Shown one piece after another: positions 33,855 through 47,249 of a DNA stretch of 64,000 bases. The stretch comes from Marsupella aquatica (lineage: Eukaryota > Plantae > Marchantiophyta): NCBI GenBank assembly GCA_973895155.1, contig OZ316894.1:22601867-22665866 (forward strand), read 5' to 3'. Position 1 is the stretch's first letter. Each line of letters begins with the position of its first letter. Below the pieces are notes generated by a model. The model searched no databases. It saw only the letters and a program-made list of their open reading frames with translations, and was not told where the DNA came from. Made by a program: the position numbers and the translations under genes.

Positions 33855-36800
33855 TGGCAAGCCTACTGTGGCTATCTGGAGGAGGTGCTGGACTTCTGCA
33901 AAGAAGAGAAGTGACTAAGAAGGTGCTAAAGATTACTTTAGTTCTAATTTACTAGGCCAATGCTTGGCTGTTGCATATGTAGGGCTATCGATAGTAAGTG
34001 ATGTGGAGTAAAAGTGTTGTCTACCATAACTGAGATGGCCACACACCAGACATTTTGGGGAGTCGATAAGTCAGCCCAGTCACTGGATTTGAGTGAGTGT
34101 GCAAGCTGGGGGCCCTAAACCCTAAAAATTTGTAAACTTTTCTGCAAGAACATTAGGGAAATTTTAATCCAATTTTTAGAATTAAAAAATTACAGGGCTG
34201 CTTATATCCAAATCCAAAAACATTCCTAGAATATTCCAACAAATTAACCGTAGAAAATTCTTTTAAATGTTTTTTTCTTAATTTTCATGGTGTTTATTAC
34301 CCAGAGATTTGCACGTGACATGGTGCCCTTTTTGGAGTGAGACGGCCGGGATTTTGACTCTAGCCAATAAATTGTCAAACCAAGCCACATGTATGTTTCA
34401 TCCCAAGCTTCCCGAGCTTGTACAATATTTAGCTGGCACTCAGGTCTTGAATCTTCATTGGAGAATTTAATCAGATCTTGTTGACTTGTGGAGGCATGAT
34501 CTATTGAAACAATTTTGTGGAAAATATGCCTGGAGAAATTGATGGATGAGACTCATGAACATTTGGGCAAAGGTGAACTTTTCTGGCATGAGCATTTATA
34601 GAATTTTGGCTATTTATATGAGTGGTTGCTACCACCCCCGGATGAGTGGCCACCCAAATGGATGTTTTCAAAAACTTTTAGATTTAAGACCATTTTCAGC
34701 TGCACAGTGGGGTCAATATATATATGTTCCCAAATAGACTGTTGTAACTGTTCCCAACATTTGGCTCGTTGGTTTTGCTCTCCTGGGGTCATTATAATTA
34801 TCCAGAAAATCATGCGTGATCCAGAAAAAGTACTGTCATAGCATTTTGGTCAAAGATTTATAAAGCATAAGAAGGAGAAATAGGTGTTTTGCATTATATA
34901 TAAGCAGATTTGCAACACAAAGATATATAAATATCAGCAGGTACTGAAATTATTATCATCAACTGGGTTTCTAATTACGTCACGATAAGTGATATTCTTA
35001 AAACATACAAAACTCATTCCCTAAGCTTTTGGCTTTTGCCTCGTTTGAAATTTCCCATGAATATATTGTGGGCACTGCTCCCCATTTCAAATATCATTTA
35101 CAGAAAGATCCTTTCAATTCTTCTATTCCTATTTTGGTGCCACAACCTGTCACTGTTGGTTCAGGAAAATGATGCTCCCATGGACCACAACCTTGGTCTT
35201 TGAAAACCCCCATGGATCACATTTCCCAAAATTTGAGTTTAAGTGTAATAACATGGTGTTCAGAAATGCAAATATTTAAGTATGTGCTAGAGGAGTAGGT
35301 GAGCAACACTTCCATCAAAGAGACTGTTTGGCCATTGTGGTTCAGTTATTCATCATGGAATGTGGAGGGGTAAATTTATTTAGATTAATTTTTATTGATT
35401 TAATATGAAATATTAGGGCTTGTGTTTTTTATGTCTCCTCGTTCTCTAGTTGTCTTGCAGGTGAAAAACTAAAGATTACTTTAAAACTCATAATGACCAA
35501 GTTATAAGGCCCAAAATCCCGATGGGCCACCAAAATATGGTCCACGAGAGCACTGTGTCCAACATGGTGGTCCACCCGGGCTTCTCTTTGCTTGGTTTGC
35601 ACTCTTCACAACATGGTTTTACTAGATTGTCGCTTGTTTTTGTCAACTATCTGGTTTGCCACCAGTTTTTTGTTAGAGGTTATGTGATTTAACCTCGGTT
35701 GGTTAGCCACAAAAGATCTTACGGCCCTGCTCAGATTGTCACATATTATTTCATCACCTTGGGCAGGTCCTAAGCTAAATTTCACACACCCCCGCTACTG
35801 GCACTAGGACAGGGCTCAACATTCATTACATGGGTTCCACCCCTACCCTTGCCTCCCTATTCCCCCAGTGCCGTCCTCTGCCCTCATGGTAGGCACCCCC
35901 CCCCCCTGGCGCACTATGCTCCAAGGGTGATCTCCTCCAATGTGATGATCTTGACCAGGCATATGACATTACTTTCCTAGTGGTGTCAAATCTTTGGGCA
36001 ACCTATTACCAAAACCTGCAGGAATTGCCTGCAAGCCAAGATTCCTAAAAATAGTGAAAGCTGACCATCCTAGAAAATTGCCTTTAGTGGTGGACCTCGT
36101 CACCCAGTGACCTCACCAAACCCAATAGTCTTGCCTTGGTACTCTTGGTGCCCAAACGTCTCCATGGAACTCGGCCACAAGCCGACAACTCCCATACAAA
36201 GCCTCACTTGCTCCTCAGCACGACCGTTGCACAAGCAACCAACCCCCATCAGTAATTAATCCGCCTTCATCTCAAATCTCAAGACCATTATCTTGCCTCA
36301 AGTTCAGAAGTAGTTAGTAAGAAGGTTAGTGGATAGAGCTTCCCATGCCCGCGTGGCCTTGCCATAAGGTGAAGATAAGGTCGGCACCCACTATTTGTCT
36401 TGAACAGCCCCTCTAGCCCAAGCTTTCCCGCTTTCTATTTGTCACCAGTCAACCACCTTGCCTCCAGGACATGCCTATGGCCCAATTATCTAGCTTGTCC
36501 CAAATGTCGAGACCAGTTCAGCCCCGACTCTAGCAACCATCTCTCTGGCTTTAACTCAACCGAGAGTCCAAGATGCATTTGGACCTCAACACCCATGCCT
36601 ACTGTGCGTTGCCTCTCCAACAGAAGCTCTCATGGGATTTGTGGTTTTACAGACAAACAAGACACTTGAACTTGAACACAAAGTCTTCTTAACACAAGGC
36701 CCTGGTGTTGTGTTTGACTTGGAAGTTGTGTTCAAGTTTGGACACTAAGTGTTTTACATTGAGCACAAAATGTACAAAATTCATGAATCATAGGACAATG

Positions 36801-38349
36801 CCAATATCCAAACAGGAAGCCAATATTCAATCACAACAACCATTTTTTAACACAATGCCTTGCAAGTAAAAAAATTCAAAACAAATAGCTAGTCAAACTC
36901 AAATACAATGCCCAGGGTGCACTATTCAAAGAGAGCACCCTATGGCCCACTACTTGAATAGGGTTTTAAGACATGAATGGTTGTGATGAAAGGTAAAAGC
37001 AAAATCTAGGATGGGACCAGTCAATTTTTGTACTCTCACTCTTGTCAAGTCCCCATGAATTGTTGCCCACATCCCTCCCCTCTACTAATTAAGTGCAATG
37101 CTTTCCCCAAGATGATCATTGTTTCAGTCCAGGAGCCAAGAACATAGCAGGCTCCCCAAATGCCTTCAAACCAGGGCACCCCATTCTTGAGAAGGATACT
37201 CCCATAGTGTCTGAAATTCCAAGATCATGTGTGTTTCTATTGAAGAATCCCATGCCATATATAGTGCCTTGAGTGCCAAAATAGGTCCTTGTTAAATATA
37301 TCCTGATAGTACCAGGTTACCATAATTAATCAACACATCTCCTTAACAAAGTAAACAAAATGGAGAAATCAAGTTATTTTGCCCTCCAGTGTGTTTCGAA
37401 GGACAGTGAAAATTTCAGGAAAATAAATGATTTGGGGCTGGGTGAAGTAATGGGATTCAAATGGCTGAAAGTCAGTTGCCCATTCATCTATTCGCATTCA
37501 ATTGGTATCCATTGACTCCTCACTCGCTGCGCCATTCCCAGGGACTCACCCATGCCTGTAATCGGGCCCCTAATTTCTGTCATCCACCCACACCCCCAAT
37601 TTCAGCTACGTCTCCGGAGTCACAATCTAGAGGCTTCGGTCTAGACCATAGTTTGTAGTCTTTGAAGAGTAGGTTCCCATCACAATGATATAATAGTTAG
37701 ATTAGATATTTCCTGAGTAGAGTAAAAGGTAGTGGAGAAAAAGGGACTAATTTGGTCCTCCCATGTTTTGAGTGACACTAGATATTTAAGTGAAAAGACT
37801 CTAGTACGTGGGGCACAGGAGCAGGTGAAATTATGGGATCTCAACGGGGTCCACTAATAAGTATGAAAATCAAGGATTTAGATATCTAACAACATTCTTG
37901 CTACCTGGACAGGATGAGTCACCAACATTTTTTGACCATAGGCATTCAATTTGATAGCATATGTGGTGAAAGATGAATCTGTCGCCACAGTTTTCTACGT
38001 TCAAAAGGGTTAGTTAATTCCTTTGTATGGCACAGAAATCAGAAATTTTGTCTGACCATTTGATCTCGCAATCGTAACCTGTTGGTTTCTAGTCAAACTC
38101 CTGACCATCATGTGCTAGACGAGCTTAGGATTTAAGTAGTGAATGTTTTAACTTTTTTACTTTTCACCCACCCTCTTTTAAACCAAATTTCAGGTCTAAT
38201 ATTCATACTTAGTCAATCAAATCCATCTTAACAAAGTAATAAGATAGAAATTATTACAAAGGAACTACTTTCTCAGATTTTAAGTAAAAGGTAATTTTAA
38301 AGAAACCATTGTGGCAAATGAATCAGATTACAAATGGTGTCTCGCTAAG

Positions 38350-38396
38350 TTTAGGGTTTAGGGTTTAGCTTTAGGGTTTAAACCCTAAACCCTAAA
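38350..38396. repeat. Interstitial telomeric repeats, head-to-head (TTTAGGG)n/(CCCTAAA)n
   Basis: TTTAGGG TTTAGGG TTTAGC TTTAGGG TTT|AAA CCCTAAA CCCTAAA. Confidence 0.85.
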
Positions 38397-41300
38397 CTCT
38401 AGCAAATGGGATAGGGTGAGGTTTTCCAAACTTCCCCTCAATCCAACTGCACTATTTTACATCATTGTAGCAAATGGGATATGCTACAGTAGGACAATGT
38501 GCCCCCCCCCCCCCCTAGCCAATTGTACAACTTGAGGTTCTTTTTGTGAAAGAAAAGAACTAGATTGGATGAGTGAGCCAGTCAACACCTTTAAGCCCTC
38601 CCCAATATTTCAGTTTTTACTTTGAAAGCACTTTGTCTAGCAGGATGCCTAATGAGAGGAAGACTTGAGGGCAGAGATTTCACAGAGTAGGATGACATTC
38701 TCTCTTTGTCTCATCATGATTTTGGAAAATTGATTGTCAAGCAGAAACTGCCTAAAGCCCTAAACTTCCTCCTTTTCATGAGATCTCCCAAATAAAGCAC
38801 ATGGGGGAACCCTTCAATGGGGCTTTATTTTGGAGAACACCCTTGCTGAAGGATGTTACCCTACACTATTCTAGCAAGTGGGATAGGATGCAATCCTGAA
38901 GCCAATTGCACATCTTGACTTTCCCTTTATTCTGGATGAGCATTTCTTGGAAACTCATTCATTGTTGCCCAAGGGATCTTGCCATTGAATGCTGCCTTTT
39001 ATTGAGAGTTGCCCATAGCCTACAAACTAAGGTGAAGACATGAGGACCCATGTATGTCTTCATATTTCCCAATGTTATATACGGTGTGTGAATCTACATG
39101 ATCAGTGAGGAGTTTGCTTGACATCAATGAGGTGAGTTTAGCTCATCAGTCCACTGGCTTTTGCACAAAACTCCATCGCAAGGTTCACGGAAACCCTAAA
39201 TTTCTTTTCATCTCCTCTGAAGTTAAATCTGGACCATACAATAGATGGGAGCAGCTGCAGCAGACTTTACAAGTTAGAACTCATGGGCCAGTCTAAGGGT
39301 GTTTACCAATCCTACATGGCAAGGAAATCATGGGCCAAAGGAAATGCTGACTTGGAGTGTCTATTTTGTCTAGAATTGTAGATCACCTCCAATGGTGGTC
39401 CAAGCATTTCCGAACGTTGGCTCTTTGTTCAAGGGATTGTATTCATTGAAGTTCATTAAAAATATTTTTTAATCTTGAGTCTGTTTTGAATACTAACTGG
39501 CCCTCCACTTTGCTTGGGTGGAAAAAGTCATAACCCTCCCCCCCTGTCTTGTAAGGCCATGTTTTGAAAAATTGGGGTCACTCTTTGATCACCTAAATCA
39601 AAATGGGCAGGCCAGCCCATGAATCAAAATGCTCCCATGGACTGAGCCTGTGAACCACGCAACCCATGCAGTGTGACACCTTTTACACCTTCAGTCATTG
39701 ACACCCCTTTCCTTTTCAACCACAAAGTTTGACCTTCAATATCTCAATATCTAATGGGACTAACTCTTCTTTGGCTCACCAGATGTAGCTTGGACAAATG
39801 TTTTCCAACAGTTTCAATTTCCTAGAGTACAAAGAAAACGAGACAGTTATGAATTTCCAAGATGACACGATCACTCACTATCCACACTTAGCTTTAACTT
39901 TTTAGCTTTGACATTCAGTATATGACTTGACATCCAATGAATCTGATTTGTTGGGTCCACTACACCAGAGACAGCTTGGAAAGATGTTTAAATTTGAAAA
40001 ATTACTCGTAATGGTCAGTTGGCCAGGGGATGAGCCTAGAACCGAGAGGTCCCAAGTTCAATCTCCCCTTCACAAGCAAGGGGTGTGGAGGGCATGTGTG
40101 TGTATGTGTGGGTGAAATGCAGTGGTGGGTGTCACAAGAGATATACTTAGTGGACCTCCAAACACAACTATTTTACTTAACCGGCCAAAACATGCAGAAT
40201 TTCACCCAATGGAGGTCCATTTCACCCAGCGGAGGCCCACTCCTTACGACAATGTTCTTGTGAAACGATTCACCACACAGGTCAGGCTGCCTGAGTAGTC
40301 ATAGGATATTGTGGTTTAGCTTGTGTAATAATGTCAACAATAACTAGGCGTGCATGGATCATGCAAACACTGTAGCCCTAGTCACAATGAAGCACTAGGC
40401 TTCCTAGTCTGGTTGAATACAATATGGTTATTGTATTCCAACTACAAATAAATTAAGGAGCTTGCAGTAGCATCAAAGCACACCAGCGCCGTTGTGCCCC
40501 CCGCCTTTCAGTTTTTTAGAATACACTGTGGCTATAGTGTTACAACAAAAATTGAACAATATGTGCCCAAAATACACAGTGCACATTGTACTCAATGTTT
40601 ATAGTAAGAAAAAATAGTGTCAAAACTTTACAAATACATTCATCGTCAAAGCCTGCCCAAATAGACAAAACCATACCATATTCAACATAGAAGTAAGATT
40701 GTGATATGTACACAATGCATGTTGTATGCATAGTTAGCACTTAGAAAAACAACTAAGATATAAGCATATCAATTTTGATTTATGCTCCTACGCTCTGGTG
40801 TACCCTAAACCCAGACATTTTGTATACATTGATGTACATTCTACAAAATCTAACTGTAGTGCTCTGTATTGTGTTGGGGTCGCATCACGCCTGGTTCATT
40901 TGACTTTGTGGTCTGTCTATACGTTATTGTCAATGTATACAAGATCTAACTGCAATATATGCTCCTATGTTGTGCTACGGTTGCACGGTGAATGGTTCAT
41001 TTGACAGTGGCATCTGTGTATGCATTGTTATCAATGTATACAATGTCAATACATTGGCTCATTTAACACTGCGGTCATAGTCGATCATATTTGACAATGC
41101 CATCAAACACCAAAGACAATAGAACATGTTGCATTTTACAATGACATTCTCACATTTTAAGGACTGCACATTGCTTTAGAAGAACATCTGCTACAAAATG
41201 GGACCTCTGGTGGGCCTGGAAGTCCATTGGGCAAAGATATGCATCTTTTGGTTGGTTAAGTAAGAAAGTTGCATTTGGATATCCATTAAGTGTAACTCTC

Positions 41301-41491
41301 TAGGAGTCCTGGTTCCTCTTCAGCCCCTAACTGGTCTGCTTTGGGGGACATGGTTTAACCCTCTCTCCCTCCTAGTTTGGGTCCCAATTGGATCCCTAGG
41401 TAACATACCCCCTTGTGGGTTACCCTGCACTTATGCACATCCCAAAATAGATGCACTTCTGCACATCCCAAAATAGGTTGTCTATATTATG

Positions 41492-41731
41492 TTGGACGAG
41501 CCCTATTCCACTGCTTTGAACTGTGCAGAGGGCCGGCCCAAAGGGATTGGGCCGGGGCATTTATGGGGAAGCGGGAAACACATATATGCTAGGGGTGCAC
41601 ATATCTTCCATGAATGGTCAGATAAAACAGCTAATCAAATCCAACGGTTGTGGATCTTTCCCGCCCATGAGCTTTATTTGTATTGGGACAAAGAACTAAA
41701 AAAGGCCAGGATCCCTTATTATAGTTGTAAA
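41492..41731 (-). mobile_element. Second copy of the short Helitron-like element
   Basis: Shares GCTAATCAAATCCAACGG, GGATCTTTCCCGCCCA and GGATCCCTTATTATAGTT with 33619-33854. Confidence 0.45.
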
Positions 41732-42439
41732 TGGCTGTGCTTGTTGTTTTCAAGGGCAAAAGAAAAAAGAATTTAACCCGGGCAAGTGGAAGGCAGGTGT
41801 GGTTTAAATAAAAGTTATGAACACGTACAGTAGGTGAAATGCATAATCTAATCAATTTTCGCGACCAAAAAATAGTTGACAGGAATGCTTTTTAGCAAAC
41901 ACCACACAATCGTCAATCGAGCTTCGGGGGAGTAATCAATGGCTGGAATCTAGCGAATTCTCGCCCATTAAAAAACCCGCTGACACCGAACACCTTTTTA
42001 TCAACAAACACCCAAACAAAAACGACTGATTCTGTCATTCTGAGGACGTCGGACGAATTGGTTCGGGGGGGGGAGAATCAATTTGAAAGAACTTGGTTTT
42101 CGGCGAAATCGACGGGACCGAAGCGACAATGGAGATCATCGATTTTCCCGCCCTCTGCTCGCGATTCTGTAGTGCGAACTGCGGCCTGTCGAAGATACAG
42201 CTCATTCTCTACAGTAGTAGAGTACAGTCCTGTCTTCTCTGTTTGGGTACAATCATCGGCTCTGATCCTGGACTGTGTCTGCCCATCGATTCGGCAAGCC
42301 CCACCCACTACGAGCGATGGTGGCAGAGGAGCGGACCTCGTACAGAGGGAGCGATGGTCGTCCGGCCACACGGAGGGACCACTACAAACCCTAGAGCATC
42401 TCGAGGCCGGCATTTCGTTTCGTCTCGTTGCTGCTGCTG

Positions 42440-42880
42440 CTTTACTATTGCGTCTCGTTCTCTCTCACTCGGTTTTTCGGAGCGCTCGTTTGATGTGGCA
42501 ATTCGTTCGCAACGACGTGACGGGAGGAGGTTGTGGCAGCCTTTTGCTGTAGCTCCACGAAGCAATCTTCTTGGGTCTGTTAATGACGTTCTGTCTCGGG
42601 CTGCTTTTTTGCCTCTCCTTCTTTCACTGCTTCTTTGGGAGCTATCGTTTGCGTCAATTCGTTTGCAACGACAGGACAGTAGTAGGTTGTGGCAGCATTT
42701 GGCTGCGCGCTGCAATCTTCTTGTGTCTGTTAAATTTTTGGTCTCGTGCTGCTTTATTTGCCTCTCCTTCTCTCACTCTGTCTTTGGGAGCGTTCGTCTG
42801 ATGCGTCAATTCGTTAGCAAGGACTGGACAGTAGTAGTTGTGGCTGCATTTTGCTGTAGCTCCACGCAGCAGTCTTTTTA
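42440..42880 (+). repeat. Three diverged tandem units (about 150-200 bp) upstream of DWF1
   Basis: Recurring GGAGC..TCGTT...CAATTCGTT.GCAA.GAC...GTTGTGGC.GC at about 42480, 42640 and 42790. Confidence 0.7.
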
Positions 42881-44175
42881 GCTCCGTGAATCAACACTCT
42901 GTCTTGCTTTCGTGCGCTACTCAATTTGGTTGTAGCATTCGGTTGAAGCGCAGCACAGAAATCTTAGGCTTTACGAATAGAGTCTGTGAAAGGGCTTTTT
43001 GAGCATTCGGTGGTCGTTGAATTCGACGTACTAAAGTTTCTGCAATGATGGCTCCTGCAGTTGACTGGAACGTCTCTGCAGCGATCGGGAGTCCCGGTTA
43101 TCGTGGTCGAACGAGCAACTGAGAATAATTAAGAATATCGCCCGGGTTCCTCCCCTGCCCGTACGTTTTCTTTTCTCACTCTAGTCGAAAATACTGCGCC
43201 ATAATCTCTTGGCACTTGCATGCGCGAGTCTGCAGTTGGTACCGTCTTACCGTGCTCGAGGGCCTGCACTCTAGGGAGATTTGTTGCTCGCCTTTTGGAT
43301 CGGAGGAAAGATTGGAGAAGTGCATGGGACCTTTCGTCCCTGCATTACAACTCGCATTATCTATTTGGTGCGAATATAGTCTAGCGTAAGTAATACGTCG
43401 AGTCTATCGTGTGCCAGAACTTTCCGTTAGTGGCTTTCCATGTTCTTGCTAGATTTCGCTCACGACATTCTCTCGAGGTTTCTGTTAGAATGCCGCTTAC
43501 CTCTCTGCCAGGTGAGCTCGCCGGACAGGATCCGTTTGTGCACGTCCCCTTTGTCCTCGGCTGGAACTGGGGTTGCCGTTCGGTATGCTCCGTCTAGATG
43601 GGTTTTGTTTGGTTTTATATAATTTTGCATAATCTTCTTGTTCCATCCATTGCTCACCAGGGAGCACTCTTATTGCGTGTGTGCGTCGTCAGTCTCGATT
43701 TAAAAGCAGCGGGTGCCTCTGCATTCTTTCGCTGCGTCAGTTGCAGTTATTCTTGCATTCTGTCTGACTTTTGCCGTAGCCGGTTGTGTGGTTAGTCGGC
43801 TAGACTTCTGGCAAGTTCTTTCGTTATCGTACATTGCCTAGGAACGGACTTGACCCCCTTCCCTTAGCTCGGCCCAACGATGAGAATTTTTTTGTCGAAA
43901 ATGTGCACGTCATCTGCCCTGTTTCTCTGCATTTCTTGCATGCGATGGAAGCTGACGGGATTCTTCTGCGTCGTCATGTTGCATTGTTCGAGCATAAAGA
44001 TTGTCGTTGTCCGATATTCCCTCCCGAGTACTTTTGTTTTCCCACCAGAAACCTCAAGGGCTTTTCGTCCTCCTGTGTCTTCGTTTAATGGCGTTTGCTT
44101 CTGAGAATCTGCACTCTGGCTTAATGCAGGCATTGCTCACATCGAAGCCGAGAAAATACACCGCATTTGTGAAGC

Positions 44176-44400
44176 ATGACGGATGAGCTGAAGCGGCCCT
44201 TGAGGCCGAAGAAGACGAAAACGTGGGTGGACTGGGCAGTCCAGTTCCGATGGATCTTGGTTATACTGGTGGTCCTCCCTGTGTCGAAGGCCTTCGACTA
44301 TTGGGCTTATTGGGGCGATATCTGGTCTTCATGGAAATCTGAGGAGAAGCGTCAGAAAGAATTTGAAGAGAATGTCGCCAAAGTCGTGAAGAGACTCAAG
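44176..44400 (+). CDS. DWF1: Delta(24)-sterol reductase DWARF1/DIMINUTO, coding exon 1
   Basis: MTDELKRPLRPKKTKTWVDWAVQFRWILVILVVLP. GT donor at 44401. Confidence 0.93.
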
Positions 44401-44614
44401 GTTTGTTCGCAATGTCACGGCTTTTCAACACTGATTTTTTCCGTGTGAAGCCTTTAAGTGGTGAAGGAGTTACAACCTATGTGCGCAAGAGAACCGTCTA
44501 GTTTAGCATGTTCTTGTAGTATGCCGCTAACGTGGAGGGTTACCAACGTCCGGCATTGGATTTCAGTGAGAGATGGATCTCGTTGCGGTGTTCTTATCTA
44601 AATTGGTTGTGCAG

Positions 44615-45640
44615 TCCAGAGATCCAGCAAAGGATGGGCTTGTCTGCACTGCGCGGAAGCCTTGGATTGCCGTCGGTATGAGGAATGTTGACTACAAGCG
44701 CGCTCGGCATTTCGAGGTTGATCTGTCCGCTTTCCGCAACGTATTGCAGATTGATAAGGCCAACAAAATTGCCCGGTGCGAGCCGCTGGTCACTATGGGG
44801 CAGATTACCAGAATGACAGTCCCACTCAACTTAGCTCTGGCTGTCGTGGCTGAGCTCGACGATCTCACAGTCGGGGGCTTGGTCAACGGATATGGCATCG
44901 AGGGGAGCTCCCACATTTATGGACTTTTCTCGGATACGGTGGTCTGGTATGAAATCATTCTGGGAGATGGCAGGTTGGTGAAGGTCACCCGTGACAATGA
45001 ATACTCCGATTTATTCTACGCGATCCCTTGGTCGCAGGGTACTCTGGGATTACTTGTGGCGTGTGGCATAAAGCTCATTGATATCAAGCCATTTATGAAA
45101 GTGACATACAAGCCAGTGGTGGGTGCACTCAAGGAGCTTGGACAAGCGTACTTGGACTCATTCATCCCGCGTGACGGAGATCAGGATAATGCCGAGAAAG
45201 TCCCCGATTTTGTTGAGACGATGGTCTACAACGCTCACGAGGCAGTCACAATGACAGGAAAGTACGCGTCCAAGGAGGAAGCGCATCAGAAAGGCAACAA
45301 GATTAATAACCAGCGTTTGTGGTACAAAAAGTGGTTCTATCAGCATGCACAGACGGCATTGCAGAATGGGGAATTTGTGGAGTACATTCCAACTCGTGAT
45401 TACCACCACAGGCATACCAGATGCTTGTACTGGGAAGGAAAGCTCATTCTGCCGTTCGGAGACTCTGTGTGGTTCCGGTACCTTTTCGGTTGGATGATGC
45501 CCCCGAAAGTGTCTTTTCTTAAGGCAACTCAGGGAGACTCAATTCGTAACTATTACCACGAGCGTCATATCATCCAAGACATGCTCATTCCTGCTTTTAA
45601 AGTCCCCGAGGCTCTCGAGTTTGCCGACCTTGAATTTGAG
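44615..45640 (+). CDS. DWF1: DWF1 coding exon 2 (FAD-binding domain)
   Basis: TGCAG acceptor. GLVCTARKPWIAVGMRNVDYKRARHFEVDL, ELDDLTVGGL.NGYGIEGSSH and PWSQGTLG. GT donor at 45641. Confidence 0.97.
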
Positions 45641-46790
45641 GTATAAAATTTCTGTCCAATTCTGTATCAGTTCTATTGCCATCCTCTTCCTCTTGCTCTA
45701 GTTTAACAACGTTTTTGACTGACGTACGCACACGATAGCCACAACTTTTACGTCAGTGAACCTGAATGCCAGGATTTCCTTGTCCTCCATGACCTTCCTG
45801 CCTTTTTCATCGCATGGCCTGGATTTGTTTCGTTTCCTTCCTTTCGCTTCTTATTCGTGAGGTAGTCTGTTAAGCTTGGAAGTGGACACTTAATTTGGTA
45901 GTTCCTCGATCTCATGGTTTTCACGACATTGCTTGCTTCTCTTTTCCCTGTCATGATTTGTCGTGTATACAGTATGAATGCATCCATTTTGCGATTACTT
46001 GATCTGCTTGTGAGTTTCACCTGATTTCTATTCTCTCTGTTTCCCTCTACGAGTTGTTTAATTTGCCTCCCATCCTTGCTAAGTTAGTGTTATTCGTCTG
46101 TATTATACTTTATCCTGATTGCTGAACGGCTATGTTTACTTGTAAAGGTTGAATGTAGCATATGTCCCTCTCCACATTCAGGCTATCCATGTGGGGGCTT
46201 GAAATCCGTCTCGTATTAATGTCATAGGTGACCTTCAGCTGCAGTGGCTTAAGCCCCCCTTCGAAGGTTTTAGGTTCCATTGCAGGCTCAATGTATCTCG
46301 TGTCCTTAGTCCATTTCATGCAGCGCTTTCCAGTGGGCTCGGTGAGTCTTTGAAGGCGATCGATCTTCGAATCTCGGCGAGCCCTGGTTTTGATTCTGAC
46401 TGTAAAGTAATTTCAGAGTTTCTTTAACTGTAGTGAGGGACTATCAGAAATGGATGTATTTCTGCTTTATTCTATTGAACTAATGCTGACCTTTTCTCCA
46501 TCGGAAGTTACTCACAGGTCAGAGTGTAGGCTGCCATTGCTTCTCTTCGTGTGTCGGAGTTTTTCCTGCTTGCTTGAAAGGCGAATACTTGTTCTCTAAC
46601 ATTTCTCTTTAGGAGATAACCCAATGGTTTCCTAATTGGCAGTCAACTTAAAGGAAATACTGACATGCCTTCTACACTATCTCTCTTCTGTGTTTTCATT
46701 AGAGGCAGTCTTCGAAGAGGATTCGATTCGATTTGTTATCTTCCGGCTCCTTTGGGTACTAAGTGCTTCCGTGGATAATTCGCCTTGCAG

Positions 46791-47249
46791 CTCTATCCAA
46801 TCTGGCTGTGTCCCCATCGCATTTTCAAGGCCCCAGTGAAGACAATGATATCTCCAAACCCCGGCTACGAGTATCATAATCGCCCAGGAGACACCCCTTA
46901 CGCGCAGATGTTCACCGATGTCGGTCTGTACTACACCCCTGAACCAGTCTTTCGAGGTGAGGAATTCGACGGGGTTGAAGCCGTCAAGAAGCTTGAGAAG
47001 TGGCTCCTCGACAACCAGGCGTACCAGGCTCTCTATGCCGTATCTGAACTCAACGAGGCTGACTTCTGGGTTATGTTTGACGCAACCCTTTACAATAAGT
47101 GCCGGGAGAAGTACAAGGCAATCGGCACCTTCATGAGTGTGTACTATAAGTCGAAGAAGGGCAAGAAAACTGAGGCTGAGGTTAGAGAGGAAGAGTCTAA
47201 AACGTACGAGAATGGCTACGTCGATATTGAGAAGCCTGAAGCAGAGTAA
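46791..47249 (+). CDS. DWF1: DWF1 coding exon 3; spliced CDS 1710 nt, 569 aa
   Basis: TTGCAG acceptor. LYPIWLCPHR...GTFMSVYYKSKKGKKTE. Exon lengths 225+1026+459 keep the frame. Confidence 0.95.
   Translation, partial: LYPIWLCPHRIFKAPVKTMISPNPGYEYHNRPGDTPYAQMFTDVGLYYTPEPVFRGEEFDGVEAVKKLEKWLLDNQAYQALYAVSELNEADFWVMFDATLYNKCREKYKAIGTFMSVYYKSKKGKKTEAEVREEESKTYENGYVDIEKPEAE

Noticed and set aside
42058-42881. ORFs of 164-262 aa upstream of DWF1
   Set aside because: Overlapping ORFs on both strands in GC-rich repeated sequence, with non-ATG starts and no recognisable domain.
44573-44614. Alternative DWF1 start (MDLVAVF...)
   Set aside because: Intronic sequence before the TGCAG acceptor. Exon 1 supplies the conserved N-terminus.
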